Of a stretch of 25,857 nucleotides of DNA, positions 17,400-25,777 are shown piece after piece. The position numbers were made by a program, and so were the translations under genes. The DNA is from an uncultured Deferribacteres bacterium. GTDB taxonomy: Bacteria > Zhuqueibacterota > Zhuqueibacteria > Zhuqueibacterales > Geothermadaptataceae. The DNA lies in NCBI GenBank assembly GCA_964014485.1, contig CAXHAT010000113.1, positions 1 through 25,857 on the forward strand. Direction: 5' to 3'. Position 1 is the stretch's first letter. Each line of letters opens with the position of its first letter. Below the pieces are notes generated by a model, which saw nothing but the letters and a program-made list of their open reading frames with translations, was not told where the DNA came from and did no database searches.

Positions 17400-19441
17400 T
17401 CTTTAAACAATTTATCCCACAATGAACGGCGGCTGTACATTTTGTTCTCAAAACTTGGGCCATTGCTAGGCGCTCGATGCGGCGTGGGAGCCGTGTGATT
17501 GTTATTCATGCGACCGTTCGCCATTCTCTTCGCTTCAACGTACATCAAGCGGTTTTCGATGGCGACCGACACCTGCGTCGCAAGGATTTCCAGCGTACGC
17601 ACGCTTTCTTTGCTTGGTTCCGCCATGTCCGCCGGGTCGTCGATGAAGATGGCGCCCATGACTTTTCCAAATCTGGATTTTAGAGGCGCGAAAAGCATGG
17701 CGTCTCGGGGCCACTCGCCCTCAAGTCGGGTGGGAGGGAAGGTCTTGCCCATGTAATAAACTTGCTTGAAAGATTGCAGCGCTCTCGGCGCCTTTTCAAT
17801 ATAGAAGCTTTTGCCGGATTGATTTTCCGGTTTCAGCAAGTTCATGAAATCACGCAACTCCAGCTTGAAAGATTGCAATTGACTCGTTTTGATCTTGTCG
17901 TCACACGCAACTGTCTGCACTTCCGCTTTGCCGCTTTTTTCGCTGATCAACATCAGCGCAACCATATTGAAATCCAGGCTGAACTTGATCGACCAGACGA
18001 CTTCTTTGAGCAAATCCTGCATCCCCAGGTACAATTTGAAAATATTGCTGGTCACCAAAGCTTGCGTCAGCCTGCGGCTTTTGCGGTTTTGCTCGAGTCC
18101 GCGCGCGTGGTTTTCAACAACCATCGAGACCAAAGCGCTGAACGCTTCCAATCGGTCAAAAAAGCGCCTATCCTGGACGGCGTCATCAATTGGCGTGTCT
18201 AACGAGAAATAGCCGTACGAGCGCATTTCATTGTCGGCCAGATTAATCAGCAGAACGTCGCGCGGATGCCATTTTGCAGATTCGGGGCGCGATTGAGAGC
18301 GACGCTCAGGCATGAGTGTTTCGAGCCCGCGCGGCATGTCCGTCCGGCTATCCTGATCGTAATAAAGAATCTTCGTCCGATGGCGTCTGGCGAAAATGCC
18401 GTCGATCACGTCGCTGGGAACCTCGAGTCGGCGACGCTCGGATTCGTCCGGGACTGAGTAGCCTAACATGGCGACTTTTACATAGGCGCGTTTCGCGCGG
18501 TCAAATATCGCAACCGTGGCGCGCTCAAAACCGAAAACCTGGCAACTCAATTGCGCCAGCCTGCCCAACAATTTAGGCGTCGCATCGTTTCGCGACGCTT
18601 CCGCAACGTCCCAGATTTGGGCGATAAAATCATGAAAGTTTTCTTCTGCGTCGTCCGCGTCGTCAATGCTTCCATCGATGACTTCGACTTCTCCGCGATA
18701 GCTTTTCAGGCGATCAAACGAATCACGAACGGGATTCAGTTTTAAGGAAACCGGCGTCATCGTGCCGAATTTCCCTGTCAAGGTCGTCCGGAAACGCGTT
18801 TTCTCTTTGCCGGACTCAACGCTTTGCAGCCATTGAAAAAGTTCCCACTCTCCGCCTTTGGGGATCAGGTCTAAAATGCTCAGTTCGGTGATTTCATCTT
18901 CAGAATAACCGGTGATCGCAACCATGCCGGGATTCGCGGAAAGAAATCGCCCTTTTTGATTCAGGATGAAATATCCTTTGGCGACTAACGGATCGTCCTG
19001 TGCGCCGACCTGCTCGAACGTTTCCCGTTTTTGCTTGTAAGCGTGTTTTTCTAACGCTTTGTTGACGGTAAAAGGGAGTGCGGTCAAATAGCCGCGAGAT
19101 TTGATGATGTAGTCAACCGCCCCGGCCTCAATTGCACTGCGCGCCTCTTCTTCGTTTCCTTCTTCAAAGAAAACGAGCACCGGGACGTCGAGCTTTTCGG
19201 TTTTCAGGGTTTGCAGCAAGACAAAAGCGTCGCCGTCCGTCAATTGGTGATTTGCCAAAATGACGTCGTAGTCGCGCCGCAGCACCTGTTTCAGAGACTG
19301 CTGAATCGAATCCGTGTCATCGATCACATACGACGAATCATGGAACAAGAGCATTTTGCGGGTGATTTCCCGGTAAGATTTGTTGGGATCAACAACCAGG
19401 ATGGTGACGGGCGTTTTGAAAGTCTGTTCTTGGGCTGACAC
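17396..19441 (-). CDS. Atypical receiver-PAS-GAF-GAF signalling protein with no recognisable output domain
   Basis: ILVVD...GAVDYIIK receiver, ILNQKGRFLSANP...ITGYSEDE PAS, two GAF-like regions ending MVVEN and VAIENR. Start reassigned to GTG 19441 (GAGGAG RBS); the ORF-track start 19474 lies inside a terminator hairpin. Confidence 0.82.
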   Translation of the reverse strand: MSAQEQTFKTPVTILVVDPNKSYREITRKMLLFHDSSYVIDDTDSIQQSLKQVLRRDYDVILANHQLTDGDAFVLLQTLKTEKLDVPVLVFFEEGNEEEARSAIEAGAVDYIIKSRGYLTALPFTVNKALEKHAYKQKRETFEQVGAQDDPLVAKGYFILNQKGRFLSANPGMVAITGYSEDEITELSILDLIPKGGEWELFQWLQSVESGKEKTRFRTTLTGKFGTMTPVSLKLNPVRDSFDRLKSYRGEVEVIDGSIDDADDAEENFHDFIAQIWDVAEASRNDATPKLLGRLAQLSCQVFGFERATVAIFDRAKRAYVKVAMLGYSVPDESERRRLEVPSDVIDGIFARRHRTKILYYDQDSRTDMPRGLETLMPERRSQSRPESAKWHPRDVLLINLADNEMRSYGYFSLDTPIDDAVQDRRFFDRLEAFSALVSMVVENHARGLEQNRKSRRLTQALVTSNIFKLYLGMQDLLKEVVWSIKFSLDFNMVALMLISEKSGKAEVQTVACDDKIKTSQLQSFKLELRDFMNLLKPENQSGKSFYIEKAPRALQSFKQVYYMGKTFPPTRLEGEWPRDAMLFAPLKSRFGKVMGAIFIDDPADMAEPSKESVRTLEILATQVSVAIENRLMYVEAKRMANGRMNNNHTAPTPHRAPSNGPSFENKMYSRRSLWDKLFKE

Positions 19442-19461
19442 TGTTCTCTCCTCACGACGCC

Positions 19462-19499
19462 AAAAAAAAGCCACCGCGCAGAAATTTTCCTGGGGTGGC
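19462..19499 (-). terminator. Intrinsic terminator-like hairpin
   Basis: Minus strand gccaccccaggaaaatttctgcgcggtggc followed by a T-run. Confidence 0.55.
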
Positions 19500-19557
19500 C
19501 CGAGATGTCTAAACTATGCTGAATGCTGGCGAAGATAGAAAAAAAAATCGACTAAGT

Positions 19558-20958
19558 CTATAGTTTTCTTAGATATTCCTCTGATTTCACAACCAACTCG
19601 CTGTCCGGAAACTCACGAATCAAGCGCGTAAATGCGGCTTCAGCCTGGTCTTTCTGATTGAGGGCGAGATAAGCGCGACCAACCATGAGCACCGAATCGT
19701 CTTTTTTCAAAGAGTTCGGATATTGAACCACTCGGTCGAACGCCTGGATCGATTGCAGATATTCGCCTTGATTGAAGTAGCTCTCGCCAATCCAGTATTC
19801 GCAATTGCTGGCCAGAGAATGGTTCGGATAACGCTCCAGCAATTTTTGGAAAATGGAAATTGCGTTGGCGTAGCGCCGGCTGTAAAAGTTGCTCAAGCCG
19901 GTTTCGTACGCGTTAGAAAAATCGGTCACTTCAATCGGCCCGGAAACGCTGAACATATCGCGACGCGGCGAATCGGCGGGACCGAGATCAGTTTGCAATT
20001 CCATAATTTCACTTTCGCGATCTTCAATCGCCGAGCTTAAGGCGTCCATTCGTGACTTTAGCCGGAGGTATTCTTCCATGTTCACGTTGCGGACGTCGGT
20101 TTTGCCGCTTTCGGTGAGGTCGCCGGTGTTGCCGTCGTCGAGGGCGTTTAATCTGGCGAGAAAATCCTGATATTCTTCGCCTTCTTCTCCGACGGCTTCT
20201 TCCTGACCTTCATCCTCAAAACCCAACAGCAAATCGCCTTCTTGCTCCTGCGGATCTTCAAGCGTCAGGTCGTCAGTAAAGATTTCCTTCTCAAGCGTCG
20301 TCTTCTTTTTCGAAATATAGAAAGTCAATCCGGCGCGCGCCGTGATGTAGGCGTCGGGCAGCGTCTTGGCCAAACCCGTGGTGAAGGTTTGTTCGTCAGG
20401 CCTTGAGACGGCGTCCAGATTGTCGCTGGTCGTTAATTTTGCATTAGCCGACACTTGAAAAGCGATGTTATTGGTTGCAAAGACCTGAAGTCCGCCGCCA
20501 AGAATGAGCTCCGCATCAAAAAAACGAGCGCCGCCTTGCCAGGCGTTGGAGCTAAAAGCTACGGCGCCAACGCCGCCTTGAATAAATGGTGAAACAGCTC
20601 CGATTTTGGCTAAATGTTGGGTCAGAGTTAAGTCGGCGAAAAAGAGATCGGTCGTGCCGACGCCGTTAACCAAGCCCGCCGGTGTGTTGATAAAGCCAAC
20701 GTTGACTGCATCGGGGGTGAATTGTGTCGGCGCGTAGCCAAGGGTTAGATTTAAAGCTGTTTTTTGGCCTAAGCCGCGGCTTACAAAAGCTTCTCCGCCC
20801 AAGCTGCGCGGGGTCAAAAACCAGGCGCTGTGCTGTTGCTGTAAACCTACATTGGCTCCAAAGCCCCACGTGTTTTTCAATCCTTGACCATACACATGGG
20901 AAGTAAAAATACTGATAGACGCCAAAAAAACGGCGCATTTTAAAGTGAATCTAGTCAT
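19558..20958 (-). CDS. Outer-membrane beta-barrel domain fused to a coiled coil and a CpoB/YbgF-like TPR domain
   Basis: Signal peptide; alternating amphipathic strands (WGFGANVG, SPFIQGGVG, ILGGGLQVF, ARAGLTFYI); acidic linker; C-terminal TPRs (YANAISIFQKLLERYP, YWIGESYF, FTRLIREFPDS). Confidence 0.8.
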   Translation of the reverse strand: MTRFTLKCAVFLASISIFTSHVYGQGLKNTWGFGANVGLQQQHSAWFLTPRSLGGEAFVSRGLGQKTALNLTLGYAPTQFTPDAVNVGFINTPAGLVNGVGTTDLFFADLTLTQHLAKIGAVSPFIQGGVGAVAFSSNAWQGGARFFDAELILGGGLQVFATNNIAFQVSANAKLTTSDNLDAVSRPDEQTFTTGLAKTLPDAYITARAGLTFYISKKKTTLEKEIFTDDLTLEDPQEQEGDLLLGFEDEGQEEAVGEEGEEYQDFLARLNALDDGNTGDLTESGKTDVRNVNMEEYLRLKSRMDALSSAIEDRESEIMELQTDLGPADSPRRDMFSVSGPIEVTDFSNAYETGLSNFYSRRYANAISIFQKLLERYPNHSLASNCEYWIGESYFNQGEYLQSIQAFDRVVQYPNSLKKDDSVLMVGRAYLALNQKDQAEAAFTRLIREFPDSELVVKSEEYLRKL

Positions 20959-21051
20959 TCCATTGTCCTTCGATGTTCCAATGAGCGTCCGTGCTCGTTT
21001 ACGAAGAGAAATTTACTTAAGAACCAGACGCAAAGCTCCAAGACTACTGCC

Positions 21052-21624
21052 CTAAAACTCCGCTTGCTCGGCGGAATCTTCGCTTAGTCGGCTTGACTCC
21101 GGAGCAAGGTGCAGATGGCTCTGCAGATCGGCTGGTACGACCTGCGTTACATCAATTTTATCTTCCGTATATTGATTATAAGCTTCAACAAGCTCTTCAA
21201 GTTTGAGCTTGTGATCTTGAATGGTTTCATTATTCAAGTCGTTCGCCAAATCCCCCCTGATCTCCAAAATTTTGTCGCCGATCTTATTGAAGTAGAAGCT
21301 TTCCATCGATTGATTAATCAAATTATCAACCGAACTTTTAACGTCTTTTTCCTTCTCCGAAAGCGATTTGAGCGTGTTCTTTAAGTGGAACATATTGAGA
21401 TCTTTAACAAGTTTTTTGTCAACGCCGAGATAGATGAACAGCGCGGGGTTTTTGCGATAATACTCGGTCTTGAGGGCGAAATTCGTCAACAGGTATTGTT
21501 CGATGATCACCCTTTCTCCGTAAGTGATCTGCCGGTGCGACGTATACCGAAGCGAATTCGCTTCCTTGTTATATTCGACGCGAACCATCATCTCTGCGAA
21601 GGAAAAATACAAAAGTTCTTTCAT
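21052..21624 (-). CDS. Hypothetical cytoplasmic protein (190 aa)
   Basis: Clean ORF co-oriented with its neighbours with a globular-looking composition; family not recognised. Confidence 0.8.
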   Translation of the reverse strand: MKELLYFSFAEMMVRVEYNKEANSLRYTSHRQITYGERVIIEQYLLTNFALKTEYYRKNPALFIYLGVDKKLVKDLNMFHLKNTLKSLSEKEKDVKSSVDNLINQSMESFYFNKIGDKILEIRGDLANDLNNETIQDHKLKLEELVEAYNQYTEDKIDVTQVVPADLQSHLHLAPESSRLSEDSAEQAEF

Positions 21625-21682
21625 TTGGAAACTCTCAAGCTCGATTTACCCGTGGTGTGAATTTAATTGAGCTCCCTTAATG

Positions 21683-21697
21683 TCAAACTCTGTGCCA
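21683..21697 (-). promoter_or_regulatory. Possible sigma54 (-24/-12) promoter
   Basis: TGGCACAGAGTTTGA versus consensus TGGCAC-N5-TTGC (one mismatch at -12), about 60 nt upstream of the 21624 start. Confidence 0.4.
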
Positions 21698-21817
21698 CAG
21701 TCAGGGGGCGAAAACGCAAGATTCTGAAGCGATTTTTAAACCGAAACAGGTTGAATTCTCAAGTCTCAGCCGCTTGTCCTGGCGTCCTTTTGAGAAACAC
21801 TGTCAGGCTTCGGACAA

Positions 21818-22918
21818 TTAAGCTTTCCAATTCTTGTCCTGAATTTCATCCAACGCCGAACGGTAAATTTCATCTCCCACGCGATCCGTGATTTTTGCGG
21901 CGCCAATTTGCACTGGAAGCGCAAAACGCAGGCGCTTGTTTTTCGCCTTTTTGTCGGATTGCATGAGTAGAAATAGTTCGTTAGCCTTAATACCGGCTAT
22001 TGAAGTTTTTAGCGGAATTCGATAAAAAAAACGTTCAATTTTATCGAATTGGTCGGAAGGAAGGAGACGCATTCGCCGTGCGATGTTCGCCTCGATGAGC
22101 ATACCCCAAAAAACGGCTTCCCCATGCAGGATCCCGCCATAAGAAAAACTGGCCTCCAGGCCATGGCCGATTGTGTGACCAAAATTAAGCAGTGCGCGCA
22201 CCCCGTGTTCTTTTTCATCCTGACGAACAATGTCCGCTTTGATCGCGCAACTTCGGGAAATCAATTCTTGCATAACGTCCGCCTCAAGATTGAGCACGTC
22301 ATCCAGACGCTGTTCGCAAAATCGGAAAAGACGCTCGTCAAAAATGATCCCGTGTTTGACAATCTCCGCAAAACCGGCAACGATCTGACGCTCCGGCAGC
22401 GTTTGTAAAACCGCCGTATCGATCCAGACCAATTTCGGTTGATAAAACGCACCGATCAGGTTTTTACCGAGCGGGTGATTAATCCCGACCTTGCCGCCGA
22501 CGCTGGCGTCGACTTGCGCCAGCAGTGAAGTGGGAACTTGAAAAAACGGCAAGCCGCGCATAAAAGTCGCCGCCACAAAACCGGCCAAATCGCCGACCAC
22601 GCCGCCGCCCAGCGCGATCACGCCCCAGTCGCGTCCAACGCGTTTTTCTAACATCTGCGTGATTACGCAGTCATAAATTTCGAGCCGTTTCGATGCTTCC
22701 CCGGCAGTTACGACGCATTTAATCGCCTCAAGCCCGGCGGCTTGTAGGTCGTTCAAGAAATCAATCCCGTAAAGTGCGTCCACCTCGCTGTCCGTGATCA
22801 CCACAAACCGCTCCGGCGCCTTTAGCTCATGCAATTTCTCCGGCAAAAGTGACAGCGTCCCATGTCCGATAAAAATCGGGTAGCTGTCTTCCCCAAGTTC
22901 GACAATTAACTCATTCAT
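21818..22918 (-). CDS. aroB: 3-dehydroquinate synthase
   Basis: GEASK, LGGGVVGDLAGF, PTSLLAQVDASVGGK, KNLIGAFYQP, RALLNFGHTIGH, HGEAV, DKK. Confidence 0.95.
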   Translation of the reverse strand: MNELIVELGEDSYPIFIGHGTLSLLPEKLHELKAPERFVVITDSEVDALYGIDFLNDLQAAGLEAIKCVVTAGEASKRLEIYDCVITQMLEKRVGRDWGVIALGGGVVGDLAGFVAATFMRGLPFFQVPTSLLAQVDASVGGKVGINHPLGKNLIGAFYQPKLVWIDTAVLQTLPERQIVAGFAEIVKHGIIFDERLFRFCEQRLDDVLNLEADVMQELISRSCAIKADIVRQDEKEHGVRALLNFGHTIGHGLEASFSYGGILHGEAVFWGMLIEANIARRMRLLPSDQFDKIERFFYRIPLKTSIAGIKANELFLLMQSDKKAKNKRLRFALPVQIGAAKITDRVGDEIYRSALDEIQDKNWKA

Positions 22919-23861
22919 TGTATAACAAAACCTTTAAGACCCCTGGAGTTCTGGCTTTTTCGAATCCGGCCAATGCGTCTTTAATTGAGTGCCTGGCGTG
23001 AATCATCGGCTCAACGTCGATTTGTCCTCTTTTCAACAAATCAAGCGCCGGTGCGAATCGACCGCAACGCGAACCGATCATTTGAATCTCGTCGATCACA
23101 ATCGGCGCGAGATTAAAATCAACCTCTCCGGCGTAAGTGCTTTTCAAAACAAAAACGCCGCGCGGCTTGGTCTTGGAAACCGCGAGCGGAAAGCTCTCCT
23201 TGGCGCCGGTCGCGTCAACAACCATGTCGTATTTTGCCGCCAGCGAATCAGGATCAACCGTGGTTCGAACGTCTTTTGTCGCCGCCAAAGCAAGTTTGCT
23301 CTCATGACGGCCCAATAAAGTCACGCGACAGTTCCAAACGCGCAAAGTCTGTGCGATTAAAAGCCCCAGCTTGCCGTCACCGATCACCAGACAATCCATA
23401 CCTGGCTGTAAATGTACTTGCTCCGCAATTTCGCAGGCCGCCGCCAAGGGCTCGGTAAAAACGGCCAGTTCATCCGACAGGTCTTCCGGCGCTTCGAGCA
23501 AATTGCCGTACGGCAGCGTGAGATATTCCGCCATCGCGCCGTCCTTATTCAAAATGCCCAAAACGCTGCGGTTGGGGCAATGGCGCTCCATGCCGCGACC
23601 GCACCAATCACATTTTTCACAGCCCAGGTTGATCTCGCCGACGACTCGTTTGCCTGACCAGGACGCGTCCGCCCCGCCGACAACCTCGCCGACAAATTCA
23701 TGGCCCAAAACGCCCTGAAACCCCATGTAGCCCTTCACCAACTCCAGGTCGGTTTTACAAATCCCGGCAACGCGAATTCTAATCAGCGCCTCGCCTGCCG
23801 ACGGAACCGGTTCAGGCAAGTTTTGAACGCTTAATTTTTCTCCCAGATGAACTGCGTACAT
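22911..23861 (-). CDS. Zn-dependent medium-chain dehydrogenase/reductase
   Basis: GICKTD, GHEFVG, structural-Zn C-x2-C-x2-C-x7-C, EPLAAA, IGDGKLG; overlaps the aroB start by 8 nt. Confidence 0.92.
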   Translation of the reverse strand: MYAVHLGEKLSVQNLPEPVPSAGEALIRIRVAGICKTDLELVKGYMGFQGVLGHEFVGEVVGGADASWSGKRVVGEINLGCEKCDWCGRGMERHCPNRSVLGILNKDGAMAEYLTLPYGNLLEAPEDLSDELAVFTEPLAAACEIAEQVHLQPGMDCLVIGDGKLGLLIAQTLRVWNCRVTLLGRHESKLALAATKDVRTTVDPDSLAAKYDMVVDATGAKESFPLAVSKTKPRGVFVLKSTYAGEVDFNLAPIVIDEIQMIGSRCGRFAPALDLLKRGQIDVEPMIHARHSIKDALAGFEKARTPGVLKVLLYNE

Positions 23862-23901
23862 TTTCTTTTTCCCAAGCTCGTTTAAAACGACGGATTACAA
23901 G

Positions 23902-24132
23902 CTGATGTTACGTGTTTGCGAATATTGCATTTCGTAGATTGATTTCCGGCCGAGTTGTGTCGTCCTGAAAAAAGTGCTTTTTGACTCTCAAATTTCTTTT
24001 CAAGGTCATTCCTGCGGAGGCAGGAATCCAGAAAATGGTGCACGGCCACTGGATTCCTGCCTCCGCAGGAATGACGCATAGAGCAAAGCTTTCAATCAAA
24101 TGCCATATCATTGGCCAGCCGCGTAACATCAG
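23902..24132. mobile_element. MITE-like element 2 (231 bp), same TIR family as element 1, 7-bp target-site duplication TTACAAG
   Basis: Left ctgatgttacgtg (23902-23914) and right cgcgtaacatcag (24120-24132); TTACAAG at 23895-23901 and 24133-24139. Confidence 0.82.
24005..24075. repeat. GTCATTCCTGCG-type ('VIPAEAGIQ') REP doublet inside MITE 2
   Basis: Perfect 27-bp inverted repeat gtcattcctgcggaggcaggaatccag (24005-24031) / ctggattcctgcctccgcaggaatgac (24049-24075); each arm is itself a hairpin. Confidence 0.9.
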
Positions 24133-24272
24133 TTACAAGAAGAAATATAGCAACCTGCCGGGCAAAACGAATAAATATCTCGGCAACAGCATTGAATGCC
24201 GGTAAATATTGAACTGATGGGGTGTTAATCCGCAAAAAATTTCATCATTCATAATATGGCAGGGAGGCCGAT

Positions 24273-25007
24273 ATGTCATTGATGAAACGCACAATATTTC
24301 TATTTTTCGTATTATTCTCACAAACCGTTTTTGCCCAGACGCAAGTCGGTTCCGATTCGCTGCTGGCCGCTGCAATACAGAAAGAATTCTTGAGCGATAA
24401 CCGTCTGAACGCCGCGGATTTGTCGATTCGCGTTATTCAGGGAAAAGCCCGCTTGCGCGGCGTGGTGGCGTCGCTCGCGCAAAAGCGTTGGGCGGAACAG
24501 ACGGTGAGCAACATTGCCGGAGTCCGCACGGTCAAAAATGAAATTTGGGTGAAGACAGGCGAAATTTCAGACAAGCGCCTTGAAAAATCCGTGCAGGAAA
24601 AGCTCGCGAACTACCCGTTGAAAAATTTTGATTATTCGCGCGTGAAAGTCTTGATTATCGGAGGTAAAGCCGTTTTAAAAGGCGAAGTCTCAAGCTGGGG
24701 ACAGCGTCATCAAGCCGAGGAAATCGTTGCAAACGCGCCGGGGGTCAATGCGATTAGAAACAAGCTCAAAATAAGAGACGGCGAAAACAAAAACGATCCG
24801 CTCATTGAGCGCGCCGTCCTTCTCGCCCTGCGCGAAAAAATTCAAATGGATCGCGGCTACAAAATTAACATTCGTTCCATCGGCGGCAAAGTCACCCTCA
24901 AAGGCGCGGTCAGGAACCGGCAAGATAAAGACGCAGCCGTCCGTACGGCGCTTTTCGTCCCCGGCGTCGCCGACGTGGTAGACAAGCTCCGAATCGCGCT
25001 AGACTAA
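24273..25007 (+). CDS. Periplasmic BON-domain protein (3 BON domains, OsmY-like)
   Basis: Signal peptide ending VFA; three repeats of D...G-x-A/V-x-L-x-G-x-V...A...GV-x-x-V/I-x-N/D-x-L/I; GGGAGG RBS. Confidence 0.9.
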   Translation: MSLMKRTIFLFFVLFSQTVFAQTQVGSDSLLAAAIQKEFLSDNRLNAADLSIRVIQGKARLRGVVASLAQKRWAEQTVSNIAGVRTVKNEIWVKTGEISDKRLEKSVQEKLANYPLKNFDYSRVKVLIIGGKAVLKGEVSSWGQRHQAEEIVANAPGVNAIRNKLKIRDGENKNDPLIERAVLLALREKIQMDRGYKINIRSIGGKVTLKGAVRNRQDKDAAVRTALFVPGVADVVDKLRIALD

Positions 25008-25021
25008 TTTCCCCCACTCTG

Positions 25022-25049
25022 GTAGAGCCGCGATGCATCGCGGCTCTAC
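25022..25049. repeat. GTAG-type REP, perfect 28-bp palindrome
   Basis: gtagagccgcgatgcatcgcggctctac, 14 nt after the BON gene stop. Confidence 0.8.
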
Positions 25050-25391
25050 ATCCTTAAAATTTCTTCAAAGCGACTCCGTGCTTCCCGCTGTCAGAAATGG
25101 CAGTCCCCGCGCCGGGAACATCCCAAAGTTTCGGCTCTCGCGTTTGGAATGTATCCAGCGTCGTCAGTTCTCGTTTGCGGAAATGGAGAAAAATAGCCAG
25201 GTTTTCGTGTGGGCCTGACGCGAAAATCTAACTTGAAACCGGCGCTGAGTTTGTTGGTTTTTGGCAAAAACGGCCGCATTCCGAAAGTGGACTTTGGCGT
25301 ATAATGAGCGTCAAGCTCCTGTTTTATTTTTGCTTAAAGCGCTTATTAGGAATGCTCGAAACGCTGCTCAAATCAACAGGAAATGTCAGCA

Positions 25392-25420
25392 GGGCGGTCG
25401 GATTTCCGATCTGTCCCCAC
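25392..25420. repeat. Degenerate REP-like hairpin
   Basis: gggcggtcgga-tt-tccgatctgtccccac imperfect stem. Confidence 0.4.
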
Positions 25421-25435
25421 GCATAAAATATTGAA

Positions 25436-25777
25436 CTTAAGCCCGATAAATCCCGACAGCGCCCCCTGTTTTTTGTCACAAGGGTTTTTCGGAAATCGCG
25501 AAATTGACCCAACATGTTGATTTTAAGACGTTTGCCTTGTTCTAACAATATCCCTTGTCGCGCGGAAAGGGCGACTGAAAACCGATTTCCAATAGTGTCC
25601 CGCATCGTACACATTTTTTTGGCCTTTTTAAACTGTTGTTTTTATAAGCGTTTAAGCGGCGAAAAATTTTTGGTGAAATTTCCGTTGCGTAACTGTATGA
25701 TTTCTCTATTTTTAAGTCATGTCAATTCCGACAGCGATTTCTGCTAATTTTTTAACAGGCGATTTTTCGGGCTTAAG
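25436..25777. mobile_element. MITE-like element 3 (about 342 bp), 17-bp TIRs
   Basis: cttaagcccgataaatc (25436-25452) is inverted relative to gatttttcgggcttaag (about 25761-25777) with one mismatch. Flanks atattgaa / tttttgaa may be a decayed 8-bp duplication; the interior is AT-rich and non-coding. Confidence 0.6.

Noticed and set aside
21818..23861. aroB-like gene plus Zn-MDR as an aminocyclitol (DOI/EEVS sugar-phosphate cyclase) cluster
   Set aside because: Motifs are canonical DHQ synthase (DEKE-x-G-x-RALLNFGHT, HGEAV, DKK), and no aminotransferase, glycosyltransferase or methyltransferase is nearby.
23882..24205. Short ORFs containing VIPAEAGIQ / RHSCGGRNP
   Set aside because: These are translations of the REP doublet inside MITE 2.
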